Positions 48,027 through 59,348 of a stretch of DNA of 64,000 nucleotides are shown one piece after another. Made by a program: the position numbers and the translations under genes. The notes below the pieces were generated by a model. That model worked only from the letters and a program-made list of their open reading frames with translations. It made no database searches and was not told where the DNA came from. Each line of letters starts with the position of its first letter. Within the stretch, counting starts at the first letter, position 1. Source of the DNA: Macrostomum lignano (lineage: Eukaryota); assembly GCA_002269645.1 (NCBI GenBank), contig NIVC01000247.1:62001-126000 (forward strand). Direction: 5' to 3'.

Positions 48027-50631
48027 GGACTGCTATAGCTGCACTCAAACTCTATATGGATGTCTCTACAACAAAAAACATTTAGCACCACTGCAAAGTG
48101 AGAGAACCTAGCTACTGTACATGTAACTACCGTATTTCATTTTATTCCATATACATGTAAGTCATATAGCTTTGATAAATATATATCATGCTTTATTTCA
48201 AACTCTGTAACGAATTTTATACGAATTTCTTATATTACAGTTTTTAAAAGTTCCAACTAGTAAACTGCAACGTGTCTGTTTTTTAAATAACTGTATTTTA
48301 GTGCTTAAACAACTTTATTTTGCGTTAGTTCGCCATTTTTACTCATGTTTTAGAGCAAAAAATAGATTGCATACTGCATTATCATGAAATAAAAAAAATA
48401 AACGCTTCTTTTTTTTACCAAAGAAAAATTGGTAGAATTTCACACTCGATACAGTGTAAATGTTTTGAAGCCACCGCCGGTAAGTGAATGTAGCGGTTGA
48501 TCCGTGAAAGTATGAAGTGCGCAATTTTGGCGTTCACGAAACAAAGTTCTGTGCTCTGTAGAACTTTTAAAACTTACTGCTTTAAATGTGAAATAATGGA
48601 CTTTACATACTACTTTACTATAATGACAGTAGCGCAAGCTCCGCGATTAGGCCGCAATCAGGCCCCGCGCAACCGTAAGGCAAAAAAGAAGCCTACATGC
48701 AAAGATTAACCTTAGGGGCGCGCCCCGCCCCCACCATGCAGTAGTCAACAGGAATTCGCTGAGGAGACACCGGCGGCCGGTATCTCGAAAGAAAGTGCGA
48801 AGCTCACGGCCGTTGTCCGGGTTGGTTAGCTCGTCCATCCGCTGGTTAATGTGGCCGAGGTGTTTTGAGCCGTGCCTTTTTGAATCAAGGACAGAAGGTC
48901 CGCGGTCTTCTCTCTCCTATGCCACAGGGAAAGACAGGTGGGAGAGGGATCAAACCGCTTTGCAACAAAATATCTTTGGAAGGAAGATGGCAATTAAGAC
49001 CCAATGACCACTAGAAGTTACTGGTAACTTCTAAATGTATATATGTATAGTGTTTCTTGTTAGGACCTTGCAAATCTGCCTGAGATCGGTTCTGTTACAT
49101 GTATGTGAGAACAACAGATATTCAGAGACTTTCCTGTTCAGGTATGGGCATCGCAGAGCGGGTCTGCATGCTTGGCCTTAGCTGTATTCGGTGCAACACT
49201 GGCCTGTTCCACTGGAGCTGCATGGTGTTGCTGGTGGTGCCACCTGTAGCTGCTGATATGCGGTTGTTTGCAACCTAGGCATGGGTAGCCTCATCAGACT
49301 CATGGTTGACTCAAATGGTTGACTCAAAAAGCCGCATATGGGTTGCTGCCCGGCAGCTCCTTGGCGAGAGAATCCGCGAGATCGCTGTCCAAGGATATAT
49401 TACTACTGTGACGTCATGGTGTCCTAATCCCGTTAAGGACTGAAAGAGATTCGTACACACTCAATACATCGCATGGTAGCATTGAGATACAGTTGCAGTG
49501 GAAATCTTCGTTGGTTAAGACCTTGATAGCGGCTTGAATATCAGTGTAAAAATGAATATTGAAATTCATTATGTTCGCCCAGCTGGAAAGCAGGTGCTGG
49601 AGCACACTGCTTAATGGCGCGAATTTCGGCTTGGAAAACCGGGGGTGTTAATTCTTACCGAGTTTCAGAATTTCTTGAAAGAGCATCATGCCCTCGTGGA
49701 ATATGACGATACCCGTTCCAGCGTTGCCGTAGCACCAACAGCCGTCGTCAGTTTGAAGCAGTGGATACCCTGGCTGTGCTAATTCACACCAAAGAAAGGG
49801 AGGAAAGAAAGAAAGAAAGCAATAAAGAGAACGAAGGAAGAAAGAAAGGAATGCGAAAGGGGCAATGTTTTGTTTTAACCAATCACACCCCAACAGCGAA
49901 AGAGACGAACAGCAGGCAGGCAAAGGCTTATGGCCCGAAGCAGCGCGAGAGGTGGGGAAAGCGACCCCGTAGTAACGATAAGTTTATTTTGCAAGCAAAC
50001 GAGATTAAAAGAAAAAGAATGTGCTTAAAAAAAATTTGAGCTGCAAAGCCAAAGCGAGCGACGGGGCACAGAGGGCGGCGTGCAAATAAATAAGCGGGTG
50101 AGCAAACCCCCCCCCACCCCACGGGGGTAGAGAGGACGGAGCACAAAGGCGGCACAATGCACAGCGCGAGGGGTGGATGGCTAACACCCATTTCACTCCA
50201 GGCTCACAAAAGAGCCTAAGAGAAATGGAGGCATTAACCAATCACACCCCAACAGCGAAAGAGACGAACAGCAGGCAGGCAAAGGCTTATGGCCCGAAGC
50301 AGCGCGAGAGGTGGGGAAAGCGACTCCAACCCCGAAAAAAGGAGGAGAAAAGGAGAGAACAGGAAGATAAAAACAAGGAGGCAGCAAAAGTAAGCGAAGC
50401 CAGGCCACGAACGCCAAGGTAAAACGCCAAAGGGTCAATAAAACGAGCGAGTAAGCAGTCAAGAGGCCAGGCAGGCAGCGACCTGCCGAGCTGCTGCCCG
50501 ACGGCGGGCAAACGACGCCTCATCAGAGAAATACCGAAAGACGCAGTCTGAACGCCAGTCGCCCATGCAACGGATGTCGGCGATTGAGAGGCCTGACTGA
50601 AAGGCAGCGCTGGCCCCGCCTCTACGCAGAC

Positions 50632-51667
50632 CACAGAACATAGACAGAATGCCCGATCGGCTGTCGCGGGATGTTTAGAAATTAATATGCAAACAAACTA
50701 CTTTTGTGGTGAAGCGGAGCAGTAGTTATGAAAATTCGATATGCATATATATATATTTATAATATATGTAGACTCTGCGTATGATTCTATAAACTTATAT
50801 ATTGCTTCAGAATTTAAAATTAACAGGTTTGGCAGTGCCCAAATAGGAATAAAACCGTAGACGTTGTCCCCAATCATTTATTTGAAACAAAAAACATATT
50901 TGAAACATTTTCCATCAAAACACTGCACATCGTCCTCAGTGCGACCTTCTCTCGGCCTTCTCTCCTTCGCAAGTGGAGAAACTCTTACTCTCGGACGCGA
51001 GCGTCGGTAAGGTTCTGCTATTTCTTTGTACAGCTGGAGCATCGGGTAAGCCGTGGGCATCAGTCTGACCCCAGGCTCATGTCTCTGGTCAGGACACACG
51101 TACATGCTGTCGGGAAAATGGTGGCTGCACACGACAGCGTTCTTCCACCTCGCTTCGTTTTTCTTGCCCAAGAGGTCTGCTCGGAAGATGCGCCGAGCCC
51201 AATCTTCACACCTACAGTAGTTAGGTTTCAGTGAATGACTATGGGGCAATAGCAGGAAAGTCACGCATGTACATGAACATACCTTTCTCGGTTTGCTGGG
51301 AATCGATGAAATCTCGTTTGTGCAGGACATTTGTTTGCGTAATTCTGGCAGCCATAAGCAGCGCATTGCCTTCTTGATGCTGTCATGTTACAGTTGTCTC
51401 TGTTTAATGCCTTCGTTGCTACCAATCACTGCCTTATTCATGTCAGTAGCAGCAGCCGCTGCCACAGAATATACTGTATATTCTGTGGCAGCGGCTGCTG
51501 CTACTCGCAGTCTCAGTCGTCTATGGCAGAACCTTTCCAAGCCGCATACGCGTAAGTATAAGTGGCTACTATCTTTCTTCACCACAAAAGTAGCTAAATA
51601 TGCAAATACTTTTTGTAACAGATTTTTCTGCGAGAGGGCTGATCGGCCATTCTGTCTATATTCTGTG
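50632..51667 (-). mobile_element. 1036-bp non-autonomous P-element-like transposon
   Basis: ~29-bp TIRs (CACAGAACATAGACAGAATGCCCGATCGG / CACAGAATATAGACAGAATGGCCGATCAG) and a perfect 8-bp TSD ACGCAGAC (50624-50631, 51668-51675). It encodes a THAP domain. Confidence 0.88.
50878..51386 (-). CDS. THAP zinc-finger-only protein (truncated transposase N-terminus)
   Basis: Exon 51386-51283, 71-nt intron, exon 51211-50878: MTASRRQCAAYGC...RFHRFP...CEDW...VCSHHF...LMPTAYP, a complete C2CH THAP signature. Confidence 0.85.
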
Positions 51668-52434
51668 ACGCAGACTGTGACCCGAGAAGCCGCACTCGCC
51701 AAAGCCGCACATAGACATGCCCCGCTTTAGGAGCCGGATGAACATAACGGCAGACAAGAGAGTCCGGCCGCGGCTGCCTAGGACAGAAAACAGGGGCTGC
51801 TGCGGTCCGTAGATTTGATTCTCGCGCAGATGAGTTGCTAGTGCGGAAGCGGGACAGATAAGCAGGCATTCAGAGGCCTGCGGCAGAAATAATTCCAGTT
51901 GCCGCTCCTTGAATTGGTTTGTCTTTGACCTGTTGAGCACCAGCCGCAGACCACCGGGGCACGCTGATAGGCAGCTCCGGGGAAGAGCGTCCGCAGCGGT
52001 GGATGGTAAGAGCTCGCCGAGCCTAAGGACTCCCCACCAGGCCACCAGCAATGCTGCCTGGAAGGCGGCCAGCAGACGGGGCGGCAGCGAATGACGTAGC
52101 TCGGTGGAGCTGCAAAGCAGGCGGAGGTGGCTGGGCTTCAGCGGCGTCGCACGCCGAGGCTGCCGGCTCAGAAGACGCCGAGCCCCGCGACACACGAGAG
52201 CCAGGCGAGCGCTGCCCTTGGTCGGGTCTGGTGACGCGGAAGCCCTATGTAGGTAAGACACCGCGCTGAGGCTTGACTGCACACTGGAGTAGGACGCCGG
52301 TCCACGTTGTAACAGGAACGAGACAAATTGGCAGACATCAGACTCGGAGGCGGCGGTCGCGGGAACTCGACGCTGCCGGCAGAATTCGTTCCAGACTTGT
52401 AAGCGGCTCGCATAGGACTTCCTGGAACTAGGCG

Positions 52435-54102
52435 CTAGTGACAGGCGGCACAGAGCGGACACAGACACGGTGGAGCGGAGCGGAGCGCGGCTGCGACCTG
52501 CGAATGAAGAGCGGTGCGAGACACGGCAGAAATGGTGTGGGAAGCAAATTCGAAAGGACAAATGCATAAAGAGCCGTAAAGACGGCAGCAAAAATTAATG
52601 AGCTCTCTGCTCGAGCCCCCCATTCTAGAAGCGGAGTCGCTCAGCAGCTGCATCTGGCCAGGAAGGTGGAACGCCTAGAGCTGAATTCCCGACGTGAGGC
52701 ACACGAGAGCAACGGTCTGATAGATGCGAATGAGCAGAGGATGCCGACAGGACAGCTTATTGACCATGCCGACGGCAGCAGTGCTGTCCGAGTAAATCAC
52801 CACGCGGCTGTTCCTAAGCTGCTCGCGGAAGCGCAGGATGGTAAGCAGCGGAGCCAGCGCCTCCTTGAGGTTGATGTGAAGGTCGCAGAACTTGCTCTCA
52901 AAGTCCTTCTCCCAGCTGAAGTACGTCCAGTCATTGAATTCGCTGCCAAAGACGATGCCAGCAGCACCCTCGCAACTGCTATCAGATTCGATGGCCACAA
53001 GTTGACGAAAACGGGGGCGAATGACCGTCGGCGGCAGAGAACTCACGACGCGCAGCCACCAGAGGAAGAGGTTGCGAAGCTCAGATGGCAGCCGGGTGTC
53101 CATTCTGCAGCTGAGGATGTCGAAGAGCGGGCGCAGGAAAGGACGCAAAAGCCTGTTGATCTGGCTGAGCCAGCACAACTTTCCGGCCAGTTTTTCGAGC
53201 TGCTTCAGTTTAACAACGTCACGTGACAGGCAATCGTTCAGCAGTTTCCGAATGTCGTCTTTCTTGTTGCTTGGAAGTGACAGGGTGCCGTTCACAGTGT
53301 CAACCAGCACGTCGAGAAACACAACGTGTTGAGCTGGAGCCACGGTCTTCTGCCTGTTGATGTCGAAGCCTAAGTTCTGCAGCAGATCAACCAGATAATT
53401 GAAGGCCTCCTGAGCCGCTTCTTCAGTATCAGCGGCTACTGCCCAGTCGTCCAAGTAGTTGACGGTAGCTGTGAAGCCAATGCTGAACATGTGGCGCTTG
53501 ATGCAGGCCGATAAGCGATGGAAAATCTCACATGACGCTCGAGCACCAAAGGGCAACCGAGTGTCAACGAGCACCGAGTCATCGCTGTCGGCAGAGAACC
53601 GCCAGCTGAGGCCCGTGAGCACCTGGTCGTCAGGGTGAATACCGACGGAACGATAGGCCTGCTTGAGGTCCATTTTGCCGATAAACGAGTTTGGGCGAAG
53701 ATAGCGGGTCAGGTCTTGGACAGAGGCGAAGCGCAGCCCCTTTTCCTGCTCATAGCTGTCGTTGACGGAGGACCCCGAAGGTCTAGAAAGGTCATGAATG
53801 ACCCGGACACTGCCGTCAGATTTTGGAATCGCCCCGATGGCGTTCACCATGACAGGGCCATTGGCGAGCTGCAAGCGGCCGAGACGGAGCTCCTCGGCGA
53901 GCTGTTCACCAACCTGCTTGGCTTGGTCCAAGGCCGATCGGTAGTTGGCGGAGCGGGCAAGAAAAGGCGGCGATCTATTGATGAGCCGAAAGCCGTAGCT
54001 AAGGCCGCTGCGAAGAAAATCTTCGTCTTGGTCACCCAGAAGCAGCGGCTCCCAGACGACAGAGCGCGGCGCGGTGGAGAGAGCAGGGTGCGAGCAGGGC
54101 AA
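52435..54102 (-). CDS. Ngaro reverse transcriptase / RNase H ORF with an in-frame TAG at 52675-52677
   Basis: RVIHDLS, KMDLKQAYRSV, RLPFGARAS, YLDD. RNase H motifs IESDSS, HINLKEA, YSDST. The reading frame resumes after the stop as AFHLPGQMQLLSDSASR. Confidence 0.9.
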
Positions 54103-54172
54103 TGAGCAGATGGAGGCAAGATAAAAGGTGACGGCGAACGGGGGTTAAAAGCAGGGCGGCTATAAAAAAGAT

Positions 54173-55231
54173 CTAGTTTTTTGCTTCCTCCACAGCGTCG
54201 CCGCCGACGCTGGCCGGACGGTGCTGGTGTGCGGGGTGCAGCCGGCCGCAGTCGCGCAGCTTGCAGACGTGACGGTATCTACAGGAGGACCGCTGGCAGC
54301 CGGCAGGGGAGTTGTAGCTTAGGCAGATGGGAGCTTGCGACTGGTTGGATGCTGGTCTGCTTAGGGTGACTTTTAAGTTTCTTGGTGCGTTAAGGTGTCG
54401 GTGGTACAGCTGTGGAGGCTCGCAGCCCCATCGATGCGAATCCGAGTCGGCGATCAACTTTCTGTAATCCTCATCGAATTCCCACACGACACTTGGGCTG
54501 TAGTTAGCGTCTAAGAGCTCGCCGATCTTCTGTGAGTACTCCAGATAGCCTTTTAGTTCGTCAACATTGACAGATCTATCCTCATTAATGTGAATCAGCG
54601 ACCCATCATCAACTAGTCGAAGCAAAATCTTAGAGTTCCCTGCAATCCACTGGCCGACAGAGATTTTCCCCAAGCTGGGTGGCTGCTTCTTAAAGACCAG
54701 GTTCCCGTTCTCCATGCAGGCTGTGAGGCTCTCATTAGGTTGATTTGAACTGGGCTTGACAAAATCGCGAATCAGATAAGCCCTGCTAGGCTTTTTGTCA
54801 CACTGGCTTCTGCCGGGATCTGTAAGAGCGCCGCCTAACAAAAACGCCTCATGCAAGCCAGCATTTTCTCCCCGCTCACCTTGTTGTGGAGGTTCCTGAG
54901 ACCGGTGGTTCTGCGACTGATTGAGCTCGCTTTGCAGTTGTGCGCGGCGCCGAGTCAGAGCTTCAATCTCCAGCTGCTCGACCTCCTTCCTCAGAGCCGC
55001 CAGGTCGCTCGCCGCGCTCCCTGAAGCTCCGTGTCCACCCGTCGAATGTCCAGCGTCGATGGTGTCTGAGTTGAGGCTTGCGTCGTGACTTTTTGCTGCA
55101 GCTGGATACTCAGACATAGCACGCAGGTGTCTGTGTAGACGCTCATAGAGTTGTTGTTTACGACCAGCTTGTGAGAGGCCTCGCTGAGCTAGCTCTTGTT
55201 TGAGCTGTTTAGTTGTGCGTGCACTTTCCAT
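54173..55231 (-). CDS. Ngaro gag-like ORF1 with N-terminal SAP-like motif and C-terminal CCCH zinc finger (352 aa)
   Basis: TTKQLKQELAQRGLSQAGRKQQLYERL; a coiled-coil; CLSYNSPAGCQRSSCRYRHVC...CGRLHPAHQH. Confidence 0.82.
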   Translation of the reverse strand: MESARTTKQLKQELAQRGLSQAGRKQQLYERLHRHLRAMSEYPAAAKSHDASLNSDTIDAGHSTGGHGASGSAASDLAALRKEVEQLEIEALTRRRAQLQSELNQSQNHRSQEPPQQGERGENAGLHEAFLLGGALTDPGRSQCDKKPSRAYLIRDFVKPSSNQPNESLTACMENGNLVFKKQPPSLGKISVGQWIAGNSKILLRLVDDGSLIHINEDRSVNVDELKGYLEYSQKIGELLDANYSPSVVWEFDEDYRKLIADSDSHRWGCEPPQLYHRHLNAPRNLKVTLSRPASNQSQAPICLSYNSPAGCQRSSCRYRHVCKLRDCGRLHPAHQHRPASVGGDAVEEAKN

Positions 55232-55878
55232 AATGGTAAAATTTTGAGCTGCAAAGCCAAAGCGAGCGACGGGGCACAGAGGGCGGCGTGCAAATAAATA
55301 AGCGGGTGAGCAAACCCCCCACCCCACGGGGGGTAGAGAGGACGGAGCACAAAGGCGGCACAATGCACAGCGCGAGGGGTGGATGGCTAACACCCATTTC
55401 ACTCCAGGCTCACAAAAGAGCCTAAGAGAAATGGAGGCATTCATAGTTAAACAACAGACCAGATTACAGAATATTACCAGATGTGGACCAGATTGTGGAC
55501 CAGATTGACATAAACCAAAGCAATTTAAAAGAATAATCGTAAAAATAAAATCACATATCATACCAGTAAAAAGGTTTTAATTAATCAGCCTCTATCTCAA
55601 AAAGCCGACTGCCTTCTTATTAACTGGGTAACTGCAAGAGATTACACAAAACCAGACATAAAACTCAAGAGGTCTCAAATTCAAGAATGTAACAATCTCG
55701 GTTTTTACCCAAAAACCTAGTTTAAACAATAATAAGAAACATTTTGAAGGGTTTGTAAAAAATATTCATTAGAAGTGTAAATTACCTTTAATATTGTTTT
55801 AAAGTTTATTCATCTTTATTTAATTGTTATCATTACTTGGTAGGTTAGCTACTTTTTGAATCATTTTTCATGACACTT

Positions 55879-56062
55879 TATGTGGAGGGCTGGACTGCTT
55901 CACTACCGTGTAGGTGTTGCTGTCCGAAACTGATATTGAAAAAAAATTTGCCTTAACTCATTAGTAAAAATACTTTCATAATGACCACCGATAATAAGCA
56001 GTGAAAGTCACAAAAGTATCTGAGTAGCTCAGAGAGAACACAGAGTTGCGGTGTATGCCTCA
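55879..56062 (-). pseudogene. WSC-PAN paralog fragment
   Basis: End of the WSC exon (YRNSVFSLSYS), a mutated donor (GT>AT), the intron and the start of the PAN exon; truncated at both ends. Confidence 0.75.
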
Positions 56063-56094
56063 GAGGATCGAGGGTCACGAGGGTCAGAGAGCAC

Positions 56095-56540
56095 TGGCTA
56101 AAAAACTCTGCTATTAACGAACACCTGCTAACCTGCAATTCTTGTTGTGAGGCTGAACCACACGAAATGATTAAGGCTATTGATTTTTGTAATAGAGATC
56201 ACATGCTCTGCCTATTAGAAGCCCTGTACATTAAGACCAAACAGCCCACGTTAAATAACCAACTTGCGATGGGTGGGGCTAGCCGTCAACTCAGAATTTT
56301 TTAGCTGATTTGTCAATGACCGGACTGGCTTGAAACTGATATGCACTTTACCCAACCAATACTGTATCAAAAATTGATTACTATGTACAAGTTTTAAACC
56401 ATCAATTAAAAACTCAATTCAACTACTCTTGTTACTCTCAACTATCTATATATACTGAATATTCGTTCAAATTGTTTCTCAATAAAAAGACCCTGACGAT
56501 GTCCTAATGCAAATGGACGAAATGCATCGGCAACTCAAAT
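56095..56540 (+). mobile_element. 3' end of a Penelope-like element (GIY-YIG C-terminus + pseudo-LTR)
   Basis: KNSAINEHLLTC...LLEALYIKTKQPTLNNQL...LRIF* (stop at 56302-56304), typical of PLE endonuclease C-termini, followed by a hammerhead motif. Confidence 0.82.
56489..56531 (+). ncRNA. Minimal type-I hammerhead ribozyme motif
   Basis: CC-CUGACGA-U-GUCC(loop)GGAC-GAA-AUGCAU-C-GG: core boxes, a 4-bp stem II, palindromic stem III, an AUC cleavage triplet and a 2-bp stem I. Confidence 0.72.
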
Positions 56541-57124
56541 AATACTTCATGTTGATATTTACCTTTATTTATCTACTCTTCATCAAGCGAGCCACTTTAC
56601 CTGAAAAGTATTGTTACTTTTCACTATATCTCTCATTCTACTGATCCAAACATAATTTTGCACAGATTTATAGCGGCAACTCTCTTCTTCATATTAACTT
56701 TAACATCATTTTAAAAATAGACAATGGTTGGTTATTCGTAAGTGAGACTTTAGGATAATAGTCCGGCTCATGAGTGCGCGCACGAATAACCGCATTGTCG
56801 AATTTCAGTGGGGCCATAGACAAAAAGGGCATCGAAAGGAGAGAGGGGTTACCGAGGAGAGAGAGACATAAAGACTGAGGTGGTTTACTGGAGTTTGGGC
56901 CATAGACAACGAAGTTGCAAACAGGCTGGGGGTTAAGAGGGTGGAAAGGAAGGAGATGTGGAGAGAAAGAGGGAATAAAACGTAAATAGCTACATTCGCT
57001 TGGCCATGGAGAACCAGACGTCATATCCGATCAACTGGGGCAATTGGATCTCAAGACTTTCCACATCTCAGAAGGACATGAAGGATAACGAAGACTTTTT
57101 GAACTTCTTGCACTTTCTTGAGAC

Positions 57125-57430
57125 CTGGAATCGGCTGGGCATTCGATGAGCGAGATCATGGCTATCACGGGTCAAAAGTCCGAGAGCACGGTCCGGCGCT
57201 ACCTGGCAGTTAAACGGGACAAGTCCTTGCAACAATGCAGCGATGCAGTGTCGCGTGCGTTGAACATGGGACAAAGCGCCGCGACCCACGGTCAAGTAAC
57301 AATGCCTGCTGACATCAGCATCCAAAGTTCCATCGTGCAAGAAGCAGTGAGCGTGTCTGATGGTCGTCAGATGAACGGTCGGAATATCTTTATTATGAAC
57401 AACTGCACTTTCAACAATTGCAACCTGTAA
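57125..57430 (+). pseudogene. Crypton-like tyrosine recombinase C-terminal fragment
   Basis: AGHSMSEIMAITGQKSESTVRRYL resembles the IMxxTGHKSxxSxxxY motif of Crypton/DUF3504 recombinases; the N-terminal part is missing. Confidence 0.5.
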
Positions 57431-58612
57431 TGGTCTTCGGCACTATGACAATTGCGCCATATTGATACTGCACAATTAACTTTCCATAGCGCTAATCTTT
57501 TGTTGTTGGTGTTTGCTGTTTTGTTCTAAAAATAGGTGTCCATTATTCCGAGTTTGAAATCATTATCCTGAAGTTTAAGTGAAAAAAAAAATAAATGTGC
57601 TCATGGTTTAACCATAGACGATTGCATTATCCTAAAGGCTGATTTTTGACAATGGAAAAAAGTTATGAACTAAAATGTAGCAGGACCTCAAACATAGACT
57701 TACAGTAATTTGACAAGCTAGCGGAAAGTAGCAAAAATACTTTTGATTGAATGAACTCAGACTTCTTTGTTAGGCTGCTGTGACAAAGAGATATCTATAG
57801 AAAAACTTGGAGAAGCATATAGCTTTTAAAGCAACAGAATATTTCAAACTAGGCTTCAGCTTTATTGCTTTTTGTTCCCTCCTTCTGCTGCTGGAAAGCC
57901 ATGCAAATTATGAAGAGGGCTGCGATTAAAATATTAAAAGCGTCACTTCGGTAACAGAGAAGCAGTTCTGTAGATAAAGATGAAAGAAAGGCCGGAAATC
58001 CGCGCTAGACCCAGGGCCTGCTGTCACGGAAACCCAGCCAAAACAGGAGCCGCTGGCGCCCAGAAAATAAAGAACGATGCCCGCAACGTGGCTTACAAAT
58101 CTAAATTTAAGTTAGGACAATAAGCTTTTTTTTAAATACGCTCGTAGATTTCCCAGAATTTCTTTAGTCAGACAGCTACATGCATATACGACTTTTTAAA
58201 ATGCACCAAACGCTTCTCTTGAGCAAATACGTTTAGGGAATAAAATCAGAGATATTCATTCCGCCTCTATTCTGCTTCTCTGCACATACGGAATCGAATT
58301 TTTTAAGTTTTACCAATGTGAAGAGTTGCAGTTTTTGCTTTAAAAAGCTGAACGATTCCAAGCCGTCTAGTGAAACATCGAGCGGAAGTGTCACTATAGT
58401 TTTGAATGCATGTGGCACAAAAGAACAATGTAAAGCAACGGATGCTTGAGTCAAATATGTTGCTTTTGCAGTAGAATAATGAATACTTCAAGGTCTTAAA
58501 TTTTATTTGTCTCAAAACGAGGCATTGACGCGCTAAAACCAGGTCGTTAAAATTCGCTTCAGTCCATGCTCAGCTCACCAAATGAGCCAGTCGGTCACCG
58601 CACCGCTCGAGC

Positions 58613-59348
58613 TCAGCCACGCACGAACAGAGTCCACTCGGGCCCGCTCAGGTGGCCAGGCGGGTACACGAACTCCAGCAGGTGGCAGGCGAGCTCCTGT
58701 CGAGAGAAAACGGCGGCCCGGCAGTCGGCTCTGGCGCTGCACCGGAGCAGGCAGTCCTCGACGGACTGGGCAGCGACAGGCCAGACGGAAGTGGTACCGG
58801 ATGTCACGGGAGGGCTGGACGGCTTCACTACCGTGTAGGTGTTGCGGTCCGAAACTGAAATTGAATGAAAGTGCATAGTCTCATACTTCCATAATGACAG
58901 CCGCTACTGAGCAGTAACAGAAAATTACAAAAGTACCTGAGTAGCTCAGTGAGAACACAGAATTGCAATAGTAACCGCCACATTTTTGCTGTTGGTTTCC
59001 GGAGCAAGCATTGCTGCAGTTGCCTTCGCCTACCAAGCCATGGGATCCGTACGAGTTGCCGCAGTAGCACTCTTTGCCGTGCTGCACACCGAAGTAGGCG
59101 AATTTGCCCGCCGAGCAGATGCCGCTGCACATCTCATGCGACATCTCAGTGCTTAGTGATACTCGAACTTCATTAGCGACATCGAATCCGCCGAGTTTGG
59201 TGAGCCCTCTGAGTCCCTTTAAGTCCCTGAGTGACCCACGGTCTTTATAGCAGCCCAGGTAGGAGAAGCGGGCGAGTCTGCAGGTGACGCAAGTCAGCAG
59301 GAGGGCAGCGCAGAGCAGAACGGGCAGAGCCGCTGCTGGACGGAACAT
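58613..59348 (-). CDS. Secreted WSC + PAN/Apple domain protein, copy 3 (intact)
   Basis: ATG at 59348; WSC exon to 58937, intron 58936-58855, PAN exon 58854-58613. Confidence 0.9.

Larger units (their letters stand above)
50459..52591 (-). pseudogene. Ngaro tyrosine recombinase, interrupted by a DNA transposon insertion
   Basis: WGVLRLGEL, SKTNQ and GHSLR (to 51668), then RGGASAAFQSG...MGDWRSDCVFRY resumes at 50631 and below. All catalytic residues R-K-H-R-W-Y are present after removing 50632-51667 plus one TSD. Confidence 0.92.
49877..55441 (-). mobile_element. Ngaro-type (DIRS order) tyrosine-recombinase retrotransposon, full length but inactivated
   Basis: Split direct repeats A1 (~55240-55441), gag, RT/RNase H, YR, B1 (50236-50324), A2 (~50031-50235), B2 (49877-49965). 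No TSD; the paralogous empty site is at ~46075-46105. Confidence 0.93.

Noticed and set aside
48757-48805. Hammerhead-like CTGAGGA-hairpin-GAAA with a 4-bp stem I
   Set aside because: The cleavage-site nucleotide would be G, stem II is out of register with the core, and the motif is absent from the paralogous block.
48706-48849. 136-bp segment flanked by TTAA as a mini piggyBac
   Set aside because: Only CC/GG terminal complementarity, and the paralogous site lacks TTAA.
52666-54105. Plus-strand ORFs antisense to the Ngaro RT (and similar ones antisense to piggyBac and the cGLR)
   Set aside because: Shadow ORFs of GC-rich coding sequence on the opposite strand.
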